A stretch of 64,000 bases of DNA from Lysobacterales bacterium (GCA_028285525.1 JANQOZ010000044.1:6920-70919); one strand, 5' to 3'. Positions 1-10,078 are shown, numbered from the stretch's first letter. Program-made: numbers and translations. The notes: generated from the letters alone by a model not told the origin.

Positions 1-2189
1 TCGTCCAGCAGGTTATCGACCCAGAGTGAGAGCTCGCTGCTGTCGCCGCGGATACCCGTGCGGAAGTTCAGCAGGCTGATGCTCGGCGTCTGACCGATGT
101 TCAGGCTTTCCAGGAAGCGGCCGGCCTCGTAGGAATGGGAGGCCTGAATGTAGCCGTCGTAACCGGAAAACAGGTCAGGCCAGGTGTAGATACCGGCGAT
201 GAACGTCTGCACGTCGCTGGTGTTGGCGATCTGGTTGCCGCCCACCTGCGCTGAACAGGTCGACACCGGCGTGAGCGACGACGCATTGACGCCGCAGCGG
301 GCTTCAACGGCCGCGTCCACAAAGTCGCCGTCGTACGTGGCGTCTACGTAGGTGGCCGCCAGCCGGACGGTGAAGTTCTCTGTCACGTCAAACGAGCCGT
401 CGACCTCGATCCCCATGGATTCAGCCCCCGGTCCGTTGACCACCACCGGGCCGGCCGCGAGGCTGGCCGGCGCCGTGGACTGCAGGTCGGTCCAGTCGAT
501 GAAGTACACCGCGGCGTTAACGGTGCCGCGTCCGTCCATGATGTCGGTTTTGATCCCCAGCTCGTACGTCCAGTTGGTTTCCGGGTCGAAGGTGAAGAAC
601 TGGCTGCCCGGTTCGGCCGGGTTGATGCCGCCCGACTTCACGCCGCGAGCGGCATAGCCGTAGAGCAGCGTATCGTCATCCAGGCTGAAGTCGGCACCCA
701 GCCGGCCGCTCCAGTAGTCGAAGTCGGTCATGGTGGAGGTCAGCGGGCGACTCAGCGCCGGCAGAAAGAAGATCTCGGCCTGGTCGGTGAGCTCCTGGTC
801 TTCCTGCGTGTAGCGCAGCTCACCGGTGATGTTCCACCGATCGTTGACCGGGTAGTTGACCGACCCGTAGAACGCGTCGATGTCGGCAATCAGCCGCTCT
901 TCGACGTTGGTGATTCGCTCCAAGGTATCGGGGTCTTCAAACAGCGGTGTGGTGGTGCCGAGGACCGCGCCGGTCACGCTCTCGAAACGCGAGTAGCCCA
1001 CCAGCCATTCGAAGGGTGCGCCCTCGTTGGAGGTCAGGCGCAGGTCGTAAGAATCCTGCTCACCGAGATCGCCTGTCAGATCGGTCAGAAATTGACGCGT
1101 AAACCGGCCGAAGAACGGGATATTGATCGCGTTCGGGTCACCGATGCTGTCCAGGAAGGAGCTGTATTCCGACTCGGAGCGCGACACGTTGGCGGTCAGG
1201 GTTGCCGGCCCAAGATCCCAGTCAACGTTGATATAGCCGAGCCAGTAGTCGCCCTTGTTGCCGCGGGCGCGCGGATCGAGCGTCACGTTCTCCAGGGGCG
1301 GGAGGTCGCCGGTGAGAATGGTGAACAGGTCTATGGTTCCACCCATCCCGTCATCCACTCGATAGAGCGAACCGCCGTCGTTGAGCTCGAAGCTGGTCAG
1401 GCGCAGCGCCGGGGTGTCGTTTTCCACGTCGTTGCGGGTGAAGAACACTTTGGTCGTGACGTTCTCGGTTTCCCAGAGGCCCGAAAAGCCGATGGTGGTT
1501 CTTTCATCCCAGCCGCCGATGTTGTCGCTGCCGCGGACGTTGTCGATGGTGCCGTCGAACTCGCTCGTGCCGGCAAAGAAGCGCACCGCCCCAGACTCGC
1601 CCAGCGGAATGTTGGCTGAGCCGCGGAAGGTCAGGCGCTCGTCGCTGCCGGCCTCGAGATCAACGGTTGCGTCAAACTCGCCGATGCGGGCCGGGTTTGA
1701 AATGTAGTTCACCGCGCCCGCAAAGGTGTTGCGACCGAAGAGCGCGCTCTGTGGACCTTTCAGCACTTCGATCTGCTGGAGGTCCATGTTGTTGAAGTCG
1801 ATTGACGATCGGTTGTTCAAAAACACTCCGTCGATAAAGACCCCGACGTTGGCCTGCAGGCCGAGCAGGTCGGTCTGTGCAAGGCCGCGCATCGTGATCT
1901 CCGGCGTCCCGCCGATTTCGCGAAACTGCACGCCCGGCGTGAGTTCTGCGATGTCTTCCAGCCCGATGGCGTTGAAGTCTCGGAGCGTCTGCTCAGAGAA
2001 CGCGCTGATAGAGATCGGCACATCCTGGATGTTCTCCTCGCGCCGACGCGCGGTCACTACCAGCTCTTCGAGGAAGCTGTCGTCTTCCTGATCCTGAGCC
2101 AGGGTTACCGTTGGCAATGACGTGCCAAGGACGGATAAGGAGATCAGCGTCGCCAGATACCGGCGCGGATAAGACACGGCATTTCTCAT
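1..2189 (-). CDS. TonB-dependent outer-membrane receptor (partial; C-terminus runs off the window start)
   Basis: Not in the ORF track because there is no stop in the window. My minus-strand translation from the ATG at 2187-2189 reads MRNAVSYPRRYLATLISLSVLGTSLPTVTLAQDQEDDSFLEELVVTARRREENIQDVPISISAF...IEVLKGPQSALFGRNTFAGAVNYIS, giving a signal peptide and plug-domain motifs. The same frame at 3-74 reads LLNFRTGIRGDSSELSLWVDNLLD, typical of the barrel C-terminal region. Confidence 0.85.
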   Translation of the reverse strand, partial: MRNAVSYPRRYLATLISLSVLGTSLPTVTLAQDQEDDSFLEELVVTARRREENIQDVPISISAFSEQTLRDFNAIGLEDIAELTPGVQFREIGGTPEITMRGLAQTDLLGLQANVGVFIDGVFLNNRSSIDFNNMDLQQIEVLKGPQSALFGRNTFAGAVNYISNPARIGEFDATVDLEAGSDERLTFRGSANIPLGESGAVRFFAGTSEFDGTIDNVRGSDNIGGWDERTTIGFSGLWETENVTTKVFFTRNDVENDTPALRLTSFELNDGGSLYRVDDGMGGTIDLFTILTGDLPPLENVTLDPRARGNKGDYWLGYINVDWDLGPATLTANVSRSESEYSSFLDSIGDPNAINIPFFGRFTRQFLTDLTGDLGEQDSYDLRLTSNEGAPFEWLVGYSRFESVTGAVLGTTTPLFEDPDTLERITNVEERLIADIDAFYGSVNYPVNDRWNITGELRYTQEDQELTDQAEIFFLPALSRPLTSTMTDFDYWSGRLGADFSLDDDTLLYGYAARGVKSGGINPAEPGSQFFTFDPETNWTYELGIKTDIMDGRGTVNAAVYFIDWTDLQSTAPASLAAGPVVVNGPGAESMGIEVDGSFDVTENFTVRLAATYVDATYDGDFVDAAVEARCGVNASSLTPVSTCSAQVGGNQIANTSDVQTFIAGIYTWPDLFSGYDGYIQASHSYEAGRFLESLNIGQTPSISLLNFRTGIRGDSSELSLWVDNLLD

Positions 2190-2343
2190 CGGTGGTCCTT
2201 CTAAGAGTTATTGGTGGAATGGAACGGTCGCCTGCTACGTGAATAATCTTATTGACATCGTTCCGCGGCGGGTAATGCTCATTCAGCATCAGTGCATACC
2301 TGCCGGTCATGCGCGGCAAAAGACCGCGCCAATAGCTAGAGTC

Positions 2344-3204
2344 TCAGGACCGATTCAGAGCGAAGGGATTGCGGGCGATAGCGGGGAAGTGGGTTTGAAG
2401 CAGGTTGATTGTCGAGCGAGGCAGATCATCCAGCTCTTGCAGCTTGCTGCCGCTGGCGCGGGTGTACAGACCGCCGCTTTGTCCCGCCATGCCCATCCAG
2501 GGAAGCCATTCGGAGATGATCTCGAGATTCAGCGTGGCGTCGGCAATCGACTCCCGCTCAAGTTCACGAAGATTGCCCTGATACGAGAGAAACTCGGTGC
2601 TAGTGAAAACGGGTGGATCAGTATCGTTTGTCCTGACCACGATGCGCTTTTCGCTGTGGGCCCACAGGCTGTCTCCCAGCAGGAACGGGTCACTCTCGGT
2701 TTCGGTGATCTGAAGGGTCTTCGGAACGTTGCGTTCACAGTGCGAGGCGGCGTCGCACCTCATCGTCACGGGCGTAGGATCGGGTAAAAATACCTTTCGC
2801 GTTACTCCCGAGTACGGATTGAGCCAGCTCGTGAGCCGCTTACCCGACGTCAGCTCGGTATAGAAGACCACCTCCAGCGTGCGGACCTCATAGGCCCCGC
2901 CTTCCAGGTAGCGGATTTTTGAGAACGCCACGGTGTTCGTGTCCCAAAGGGGCGTCAGGCGGGTGTCGCGCATGCCGTATTTCCGACCGAGGATCGACCA
3001 CATGACCTCCGCGTCACGGTTGGCGTAGACCAGCCGGCGGCGCCAGGTCGGATCGTCGAGGGCTTTACTTGCCCTGGGGATCGCGCCGGTGTGCGCTACG
3101 CATCCAGCAAGCGCGGCAGCGGGCAAGCTGAGTAAAGCTCGCCTCGTTAGACCGCCGTGGGGTACATATCGCTGGTCATCGTTGCGCGGTTCATCCATAC
3201 TCAT
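2344..3204 (-). CDS. DUF1838-like protein with twin-arginine-type signal
   Basis: 286-aa ORF. The N-terminus GGLTRRALLSLPAAALAGC looks Tat/lipoprotein-like. Length and sequence pattern are recalled as DUF1838; the assignment is from memory, not searched. Confidence 0.6.
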   Translation of the reverse strand: MSMDEPRNDDQRYVPHGGLTRRALLSLPAAALAGCVAHTGAIPRASKALDDPTWRRRLVYANRDAEVMWSILGRKYGMRDTRLTPLWDTNTVAFSKIRYLEGGAYEVRTLEVVFYTELTSGKRLTSWLNPYSGVTRKVFLPDPTPVTMRCDAASHCERNVPKTLQITETESDPFLLGDSLWAHSEKRIVVRTNDTDPPVFTSTEFLSYQGNLRELERESIADATLNLEIISEWLPWMGMAGQSGGLYTRASGSKLQELDDLPRSTINLLQTHFPAIARNPFALNRS

Positions 3205-3285
3205 TCTCTCATCGCGCGCGACTCAGTCGGCCTGATCGGTCGATCTTTCCGCCGAGTTCGCCAGGCGCGAGTGCTGACACGGACC

Positions 3286-4194
3286 ATGTATTTCGAGATT
3301 AAACAGCTTCGCCATTTTGTCTCGGTTGTCGAGACCGGCAACATCACGCGCGCCGCGGAACTTCAGCACATCACCCAGCCGGCACTGACCCGAAGCGTTC
3401 GCAACATGGAAGAGCGCATCGGCGGAGACCTGCTGAACAGGCAGCATCACTCTATCACGCCGACCGAAGCCGGCGAGGTGCTCTACCAGTACGCAAAACT
3501 CATTATTCGTCAGGCGGAGCTGGCGATTAGCGACGTCAAGGCGATCTCCAAGGGTCACAAGGGTCATGTACACGTCGGTATTGCTGCGCTCTTCGCGCCA
3601 ACGCTCGCCGGGGCTTTGGCCTCGCACCTCGCGAGCGTATTTCCGGAGCTTCAGGTTCGTCTGACGGAAGGTTTCTTTGAGGACCTGGTGGCGCAGCTCC
3701 ATAACGGGGAGATCGACGTCCTGCTGTCCAACTTCCCGCCGGGCGAAGTGCCTCCTGAGGTAACGCTCAAGCCGCTCTTTGAGATTCGCACCGAGTTTGT
3801 CGTCAGCGCTGAACACCCGCTGGCCAGCGTTGAGCAGCCCTCACTCAACGACATGCACAAGGCGCGCTGGGCAATCGTTAAACACCCTCACATCACCAAC
3901 TTTCTCAACGGCTATTTCGCCGCTGAGTCGCTGCCACCGCTGGACATCGCGGTTGAGACCACATCTTTGGTGTCGCTGAAATCGCTGGTCATGACGGGCG
4001 AGTACATCGCCATGCTGCCCCATCGCTGGATTAAGGATGAGCTGGCCACTGGCACGCTGACCACGCTGCGAACGGCACTGGTTCGGGAGGCCGGCCTGAT
4101 CGTGCGTCCGGACGAGACCCTGCGGCCCACCGTGATCAACATCATCCCGGAAGTTGAGCGGGCCTGCGTGGAGTGGGCCGCCGACCGCAGGTAG
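3286..4194 (+). CDS. LysR-family transcriptional regulator
   Basis: An internal ATG at 3286 of ORF 3157..4194 gives MYFEIKQLRHFVSVVETGNITRAAELQHITQPALTRSVRNMEE, a canonical LysR wHTH, followed by a substrate-binding-domain-sized remainder. The 43 upstream codons overlap the divergent gene. Confidence 0.9.
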   Translation: MYFEIKQLRHFVSVVETGNITRAAELQHITQPALTRSVRNMEERIGGDLLNRQHHSITPTEAGEVLYQYAKLIIRQAELAISDVKAISKGHKGHVHVGIAALFAPTLAGALASHLASVFPELQVRLTEGFFEDLVAQLHNGEIDVLLSNFPPGEVPPEVTLKPLFEIRTEFVVSAEHPLASVEQPSLNDMHKARWAIVKHPHITNFLNGYFAAESLPPLDIAVETTSLVSLKSLVMTGEYIAMLPHRWIKDELATGTLTTLRTALVREAGLIVRPDETLRPTVINIIPEVERACVEWAADRR

Positions 4195-4320
4195 CGTTTT
4201 ACGGTCGGGCCGGGCCGTCGGCTGACACCATTCTCGCCGCGCATTCGCGCATGCCGACTCGACATTGGCGCAGCCGCCTCAGGCGCGGCACGCTGGCGCG
4301 TTTCCTGTGCGGGTTGACCG

Positions 4321-5520
4321 ATGTTTGATGCTGACGTTTTGGTGGTGGGCGCTGGACCGGTAGGTGCGGTGGCGGCGTACCGGATGGCCGAAATGGGTCT
4401 GGACGCAATGCTGCTCGAGGGCGAAGCGGAACCCGTTGAAGACCTCCGTGCGTCGACCATTCATCCGCCGACGCTCGAGATGCTGGCGGAGCTCAAGGTT
4501 GTTGATTCGCTGATCGAGCAGGGGATCAAGACGCCGGTCTACCACTTTCGCGAGCGGCAGACGGGCGAGCGGGTGGCCTTCGATTTTTCTGAGCTGGGCG
4601 AGCATACGCCCTATCCGTATCGGCTGCAGTGTGAGCAGTACAAGATAGTCCGCCTGCTGGTGGAGCGGCTGCAGCGAGACTTCAGCCGTGAGGTCAAATT
4701 TTCGCATCGGGTCGCCTCGGTGGCGCAGGACGACGACAGCGTGACTGTGACCGCAGAGACTCCGGAAGGCACTCGTCAGTTTCGCGCACGGTACGTCATT
4801 GCGTCAGACGGTGGCGGCAGCGCGGTGAGAAAGTCTGTCGGCGTGCCTTTTGAAGGTATGACCTACCCGGAGAAATTTGTCACCTTCAGCACCGACACGC
4901 CGCTCGACGAATATTTCGAGGGTTTTGCGGGGGTGAACTACGTTGCCGACGAGCGCGAATGGGCGTCGATCATTCTGACCCCCAGCGGCTGGCGGGTGCT
5001 GGTGCCGGCAGCCGGTGAGCTGACCAATGAGCATCTCGTGTCGGACGGCTACAAGAACACGGTGTTCAACAACCTGATTGGGCAGGGCGAATCGGTCGAA
5101 ACGCACCACCGCACGGTCTACCGGGTCAACCAGCGCGTTGCGGTCAAATACAACCACGGCCGGGTGATCCTCGCCGGCGACAGTGCGCACGTACACAACC
5201 CGCTCGGCGGTTTCGGCATGAACAGCGGCATCCACGACGTTTGGAATCTGACCGGTCAGCTGGCGAAGATCCTCCGGGACGGCGCCGACGCGCGTTCGCT
5301 GCTCGATCTCTATGACCGGCAGCGCCGCACCATCATGTGCCGCTTTGTCCAGGCACAGACGGCAGAAAACAAGAGCTACATGGAGGCGGGTTCAGCCGTA
5401 GCGCACGCCAGAAAGCGTCAGCAGCTCGAAGAGATCGCGGCTGATCCGGATCTGCGTCACGCGTACCTGCTGAGGCAGTCGATGCTTCAGAGTCGGCTGG
5501 ACGAGGCGGCGATTCAATGA
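4321..5520 (+). CDS. FAD-dependent (group A flavoprotein) monooxygenase
   Basis: Contains DVLVVGAGPVGAVAAY (GxGxxG), ASDGGGSAVR (DG motif) and AGDSAHVHNPLGGFGMNSGIHD (GD motif). Confidence 0.88.
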   Translation: MFDADVLVVGAGPVGAVAAYRMAEMGLDAMLLEGEAEPVEDLRASTIHPPTLEMLAELKVVDSLIEQGIKTPVYHFRERQTGERVAFDFSELGEHTPYPYRLQCEQYKIVRLLVERLQRDFSREVKFSHRVASVAQDDDSVTVTAETPEGTRQFRARYVIASDGGGSAVRKSVGVPFEGMTYPEKFVTFSTDTPLDEYFEGFAGVNYVADEREWASIILTPSGWRVLVPAAGELTNEHLVSDGYKNTVFNNLIGQGESVETHHRTVYRVNQRVAVKYNHGRVILAGDSAHVHNPLGGFGMNSGIHDVWNLTGQLAKILRDGADARSLLDLYDRQRRTIMCRFVQAQTAENKSYMEAGSAVAHARKRQQLEEIAADPDLRHAYLLRQSMLQSRLDEAAIQ

Positions 5521-5568
5521 GCCTCACCAGGCTATTCCGACCGCTTATGGTGGCCTAAACGCTCAGTA

Positions 5569-6486
5569 TTGGAGGTCTGTCGCCGGGTCTGCTCCAATTC
5601 TCGGCTAGCCACCAAAAGGAACTTTCCCTTGACCATTTTGCTAACGGCGGCCAACGGCCGAACAGGGCGGGCCGTGCTGACCGCGCTTAAGGAGGCTGGC
5701 GCCTCGGTCAAAGTTTTTATTCGCGACGAGGGGCAGTGGCCGGAGCTTCAGGCGCTCGGCGCCTCAGCGTATGCGGTTGGCGATATGGAAGATGCGGCGA
5801 GTATCGAGGCGGCGGTTGAGGGCTTCGAAAAGCTCGTGCACATCGGTCCGCCGATGCATCCCCATGAGATCGAGATCACCGACCGACTGATCGACGCTGG
5901 CCTGAAGACTGGTCTAAAGCAGTTCATTTACTATTCCGTGATGCACCCGCTGCGGCGCGCTGTGCGTCACCATCGGCTGAAGCTTGACGCGGAAGAGCAC
6001 GTGATCGAGTCCGGTCTGCCGTATACCATCGTCCAGCCAACCCGCTATATGCAGCATCTCGCGCCGATCTGGAGCAGCGTGAAGGACAAAGGTGAACACG
6101 CCATGGCGTTCAGCACCGAGGTGAAGTTCAACGTGGCTGACCTGCGTGACCTGGCCGACGCGACGGCCGTCGTTGCAACGCAGCCCGGGCACCTGTACGC
6201 CACCTACGAGCTGGCCGGCCCTGAGCCGCTCAGCCAGACCGACATGGCCGCGATCATCAGCGAGGTGCTCGGACGAGACGTTACCGCGCGGGCTATCCCG
6301 CTGGATGAACTCGAGCAAAAGGCCAGAGCCGCAGGTGCGTCCGACGACCGCGTCGAGCAGATGCTGACGATGAACGATCACTACGATCGGTTTGGCTTTC
6401 GCGGCAACCCCAACGTGCTGCGCTGGCTGCTTGGTCGCGAGCTTCGCCGTTTTCAGGACTACGTCAAAGATCTCGCGCAGCAGTAG
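5569..6486 (+). CDS. NmrA-family / atypical SDR NAD(P)H-binding protein
   Basis: The ORF starts at TTG 5569. An in-frame TTG at 5629, preceded by AAAAGGAA, gives LTILLTAANGRTGRAVLTAL (GxxGxxG), so the true start is probably 5629. Confidence 0.8.
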   Translation: MEVCRRVCSNSRLATKRNFPLTILLTAANGRTGRAVLTALKEAGASVKVFIRDEGQWPELQALGASAYAVGDMEDAASIEAAVEGFEKLVHIGPPMHPHEIEITDRLIDAGLKTGLKQFIYYSVMHPLRRAVRHHRLKLDAEEHVIESGLPYTIVQPTRYMQHLAPIWSSVKDKGEHAMAFSTEVKFNVADLRDLADATAVVATQPGHLYATYELAGPEPLSQTDMAAIISEVLGRDVTARAIPLDELEQKARAAGASDDRVEQMLTMNDHYDRFGFRGNPNVLRWLLGRELRRFQDYVKDLAQQ

Positions 6487-6513
6487 CGGCCGGGAGGCCT
6501 ATGCCGACCCGCC

Positions 6514-7599
6514 TCAGCTGTTCGGGCGGGTCGCAACAATCGTTTGCAGGAAACCGTTGGAGTTCTTTGGGCCGGGCGCCAGCTCGAAGCCCGCCTCGCG
6601 CAGCAGCGCGTGAAAATCCAGATAAACAAAGCCGGGAGAGTAGGGCTCGCAGTTGTTGTTGGAGTCATAGTCGATCAACCAACGCTGTGACGCCGGCATG
6701 TCCGCGCTGGCGCTGGGGAACTCAAAGATACAGAAAGTGCCGCCGGGTCGCAGGACACGAGAGGCCTCTTTGACCGTTGCCTGGATCACCGGCACCGGAA
6801 TTTCGTGGAACAGGATGTAGGACAGGATCGTGTCGAAGTGACCGTCTTCAAACGGCAGATCTTCTGACAGCCCCTGCACATAGTTGACGGCTTTCTGCCG
6901 CGCTACTGCCTGATAGTGAGCGTAGCGAAGCAGCGGCAGCGCCACGTCCAGACCGGTGACCTCAGCGTCGGGAAAGCGGTCCTTGAGCAGGGTGGTGGCC
7001 TGTCCGATGCTGCAGGCCAGGTCTAGGACGCGATTGACGACGCCGTCCGCGGGCGGCGTCAGTGTGTCGACAAGCTCGGCATGCATCTCGTCCTGGTCGT
7101 TGCCGCCGGCGTAAAAAACCTTGGTGCCGTAGTGATAGACCACGCCGCCGATCGGGTCATCGGTATAGCCTCCTGGCTGGAGGTGGATCTCCCTTCTCGC
7201 GTAGTCCGGCGGCGTAAAGTTGGGATCGTACACCAGCTTCCCCGGCCCCTCCGACTCGGCAGCCTTCATCGCATCCAGCAGCGCTTCGTCGAACGGCAGA
7301 AAGGAGCCTCGGGTGCGTCGCCACATCATCTCCTGATGCGACCGCATCAGCCGCTGCCAGGCGGCGGGAAACGGCAGCGCGTTGATCACCTCGCGGATGT
7401 CCTCAATCGGCGTTGTGTCGTCGGTCTCGCCGAGCTGCTGCCGGACGGCTTCGTCGCCAGTCTGGGCAACCTGGTCGTAGTTGCCGTATCCCGCGATGCC
7501 GCGAAATGTCTCGACAAAGTCCAGGTAGCTCTCGTCAGCCAGGCGGGTGGTGCGGGGAAGCAGGCCCCGATAGCCGCGGGGCAGGTCAATCAGATTCAT
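6514..7599 (-). CDS. class I SAM-dependent methyltransferase with ~170-aa N-terminal extension
   Basis: Contains VLDLACSIGQATTLL (SAM motif I) and RVLRPGGTFCIFE. The ATG overlaps the stop of the upstream ORF (7596-7599). Confidence 0.8.
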   Translation of the reverse strand: MNLIDLPRGYRGLLPRTTRLADESYLDFVETFRGIAGYGNYDQVAQTGDEAVRQQLGETDDTTPIEDIREVINALPFPAAWQRLMRSHQEMMWRRTRGSFLPFDEALLDAMKAAESEGPGKLVYDPNFTPPDYARREIHLQPGGYTDDPIGGVVYHYGTKVFYAGGNDQDEMHAELVDTLTPPADGVVNRVLDLACSIGQATTLLKDRFPDAEVTGLDVALPLLRYAHYQAVARQKAVNYVQGLSEDLPFEDGHFDTILSYILFHEIPVPVIQATVKEASRVLRPGGTFCIFEFPSASADMPASQRWLIDYDSNNNCEPYSPGFVYLDFHALLREAGFELAPGPKNSNGFLQTIVATRPNS

Positions 7600-7949
7600 G
7601 AGTCGACTCCGTTTTGGGCGGGGCTTACGCCCGGTACCGGGCGTCTGGAGAAGCTGCGGAAAACGCTTTGAACCAGCTCCGCTCTCGCGGCGGCCCTGGC
7701 TGCCTCCTGCTGAGCGCTCGGCTGGTAGGCCTCCACGAGCTCAGCGACGTTGCGGTTGTCCCCAACGAGGTCGGACAGGACGTTTTCCAGGATCATGATG
7801 CGATCCTGACAGGTCCAGACTGCTGCCGTCAGCTCGAGCAGCGACTCGAGGAGATTGTCGTGAACCACGTTGTCGAAGAACTGTTTCCCTGGGCCAAAAA
7901 CCTCCTGGCCGATGGCGGGGGCGGGCGTATCCTGAGCTGAGTCCGTCAT
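7596..7949 (-). CDS. hypothetical protein (117 aa) inside the PhyH-methyltransferase operon
   Basis: The 181-aa track ORF over-extends into the PhyH gene. An internal ATG at 7949, 7 nt after the PhyH stop, gives MTDSAQDTPAPAIGQEVFGPGKQFFDNVVHDN... I recognise no family. Confidence 0.5.
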   Translation of the reverse strand: MTDSAQDTPAPAIGQEVFGPGKQFFDNVVHDNLLESLLELTAAVWTCQDRIMILENVLSDLVGDNRNVAELVEAYQPSAQQEAARAAARAELVQSVFRSFSRRPVPGVSPAQNGVDS

Positions 7950-7956
7950 CGTAAGC

Positions 7957-8880
7957 CTAAACCTCTTTTTCGAGCAGCTCCTTGAACAGCGCATCGTCGT
8001 TGACGTTTTCGCGCCGCTCAGCGGACCAGCTTGTCGCAAAGCCTCGTGGATAGTATTCGTCGGTGTCTTTGCGTCCGTCCGCAGACCACAGCAGCGGGAA
8101 CAGCGGCCCGGCCGGCGCCTCGCCCTCCAGCATTTCGTCAAAGCTCACGCCCGCCAGGTTCACGCAGTCCGGTCGCGGTGCCCAGCGAATATCGTCCCCG
8201 AAGACGCGAACCGACAGCGACAGGCGCCACTGGTCATCGGTGTTGCCGGACGAATGGTGCATGGTCCATGGGTGCACAACCAGCATGTCACCTGTTTCCA
8301 TCTCCCAGTTAACGAATCGGTTCTTCGGATCGGCGCGCAGCTTTTGCTCGTCGGGGTGCTTCGGGCGGTCATCCGGGCGAATCATCTTTCGCGCGTTCGG
8401 CGAAAAGAGCCAGTGCGGATAATCGACCCGGTGTGAGCCCGGAATCACCTCCAGACAGTTCTCCCTGCTGACCGGGTGAAGCGGTATCCACAGTGACGGA
8501 ACCATGCTCCCTACGACCGGCCACCCCATGCGGTCGGAGTGCCATAGCGTTTTTGAGTCGGAAGAGGGCGGCTTGGCAAACAGCTCGTCGAAAAAGAATC
8601 GCACCGCATTCGATTGCATCACCCGTGCAGCCGCCTCCCCGAGGGGAGATTCAAAGATAAAGCGTCGAATCGGAACGATGGTCCTCGCCATGTAGCGGCC
8701 CGGCATGGTCGGGAGCAGCCCAAACTCGCCGGATCCGTCGGCAATCTGTTGACAGCTCGGGCGCATGCTTTCGATCCACTCTGGGTCAAAGACCTTTCTC
8801 AGGCAAACAACGCCGTCGTCGATCCAGGCTTGCTGGTCTTCCTCACTGATGTTTCGCAACGGCGACGTGTTGTAGGCCAT
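7957..8880 (-). CDS. phytanoyl-CoA dioxygenase (PhyH) family Fe(II)/2-oxoglutarate oxygenase
   Basis: 307 aa. TLWHSDRMGW carries the HxD of the facial triad, and VVHPWTMHHSSGN carries the distal His region. Confidence 0.8.
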   Translation of the reverse strand: MAYNTSPLRNISEEDQQAWIDDGVVCLRKVFDPEWIESMRPSCQQIADGSGEFGLLPTMPGRYMARTIVPIRRFIFESPLGEAAARVMQSNAVRFFFDELFAKPPSSDSKTLWHSDRMGWPVVGSMVPSLWIPLHPVSRENCLEVIPGSHRVDYPHWLFSPNARKMIRPDDRPKHPDEQKLRADPKNRFVNWEMETGDMLVVHPWTMHHSSGNTDDQWRLSLSVRVFGDDIRWAPRPDCVNLAGVSFDEMLEGEAPAGPLFPLLWSADGRKDTDEYYPRGFATSWSAERRENVNDDALFKELLEKEV

Positions 8881-8913
8881 GGCAGCGATCCTGCTGATTC
8901 GATATTCAACGCA

Positions 8914-8945
8914 TTATTGGTTGGGGGCGGGGAACTAGCCAATAA
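8914..8945. promoter_or_regulatory. inverted repeat TTATTGG-N18-CCAATAA upstream of the PhyH operon
   Basis: Arms at 8914-8920 and 8939-8945, 34-65 nt upstream of the minus-strand ATG at 8880. Confidence 0.2.
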
Positions 8946-9017
8946 CTATTGTTTTGCTTGCGATACGACCGGGGAATAGAACCGGACGTCTCCGCGAATC
9001 GTACGGTGCATAGCGCG

Positions 9018-9638
9018 CTAGAGGCGCTTAAGCGTTTCCACGAGCGTCGCCCAGAGCTCGCCGGCCTGCGGCGTGGATGATCCGCCAGTGGGCCTGTTGT
9101 CGCCGAAGATCCGGCGCAGGTCGGAGGCAGCGAGATGGTCCGGGTGATGGACCTCCGCAATTTGCGCATAGGGGATGCGCAGGTCATCCCGCGCGGCGCT
9201 GAGCGTATAAAGATGCACGGCCAACGGCGTTTGCGGGGCTAGCCGCATCATTGTCGCCAGCCCAGGCCCCGCGGCCACTGCGCGAAATCCCAGACTCCTT
9301 TTCTCGACTCGCCAGCCTGCTGATTTTAAAGTGGCACCCAGCGATCCGCCGGCCAGAATTTGTTGGTGAAGCTCGTTGAGCGCATTGTCCACCGGCCTCG
9401 TAAAGCGGACCACCGCCAGCGTCCGGGTAGTGCGCTCGCTTTCGCTCCCGGAGTAGAGATCGGTCACGCGTCGGTCGGCTGACTGGCTGATCACCTCTAC
9501 GCCATACGACCCGAAGCGGTCCGCGATCATCTCGCTGTTGAGCGGTGCCCTGGCGACGGCGCACGCCGCCAGCAGTCCAAGCAGCAGCGCGAGGCCGGGC
9601 AGGCGTATCAGGGAAAGACGCGGCGAAACTGCTCGCAT
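9018..9638 (-). CDS. putative lipoprotein, unknown family
   Basis: An internal ATG at 9638 gives MRAVSPRLSLIRLPGLALLLGLLAAC, a signal peptide with an LAAC lipobox. Confidence 0.55.
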   Translation of the reverse strand: MRAVSPRLSLIRLPGLALLLGLLAACAVARAPLNSEMIADRFGSYGVEVISQSADRRVTDLYSGSESERTTRTLAVVRFTRPVDNALNELHQQILAGGSLGATLKSAGWRVEKRSLGFRAVAAGPGLATMMRLAPQTPLAVHLYTLSAARDDLRIPYAQIAEVHHPDHLAASDLRRIFGDNRPTGGSSTPQAGELWATLVETLKRL

Positions 9639-10072
9639 AACACCGGCATCCGAAGATCTGGTTTCTTGCCGATCCGGCGGCACTCCCGTTCGTAGTAGGG
9701 CCAGTGAACGCTTTGCCAGTACGCCAAGGACCCGTCTCCTTCACCTTCGATGGCCGCAAACTCCGCGGTGACGTCCTCGTAGGGAACCACGTCAACCTGG
9801 GTTGTCTCGACGACGCACTTCGCCTGACCCAGCCAGTTCACGATCACCCTGAGAGAACCGGGTTTAGGCGGAGGATCCCCGTCAAATTCGTACGACCACA
9901 GGAGCGGCGCGGTGCCGCGTTTCACGCCGGTTAGGACCAGCTCAGCAAGTTCGTCGACGTCCTGCTGGTTGTCGCCGAAGCAATCGGTACCCAGCAGGCG
10001 ACCGGGTGCGTCAGCGGGCCCGACCCGGAGAAAACGATTCCAAAACGGTTCAACGTCTGGTGGCAAGTCCAT
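9608..10072 (-). CDS. ASCH-domain protein
   Basis: 154 aa. FGDNQQDVDELAELVLTGVKRGTAPLLWSYE ... VVPYEDVTAEFAAIEGEGDGSLAYWQSVHWPYY matches the ASCH/YqfB-like pattern. Confidence 0.7.
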   Translation of the reverse strand: MDLPPDVEPFWNRFLRVGPADAPGRLLGTDCFGDNQQDVDELAELVLTGVKRGTAPLLWSYEFDGDPPPKPGSLRVIVNWLGQAKCVVETTQVDVVPYEDVTAEFAAIEGEGDGSLAYWQSVHWPYYERECRRIGKKPDLRMPVLCEQFRRVFP

Positions 10073-10078
10073 CAGTTT

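Noticed and set aside
2239-2259. AT-rich GTGAATAATCTTATTGACATC upstream of the TonB-dependent receptor, as a possible Fur box
   Set aside because: By eye only about 9 of 15 positions match the GATAATGATAATCATTATC consensus. It cannot be scored without a matrix, so it is too weak to call.
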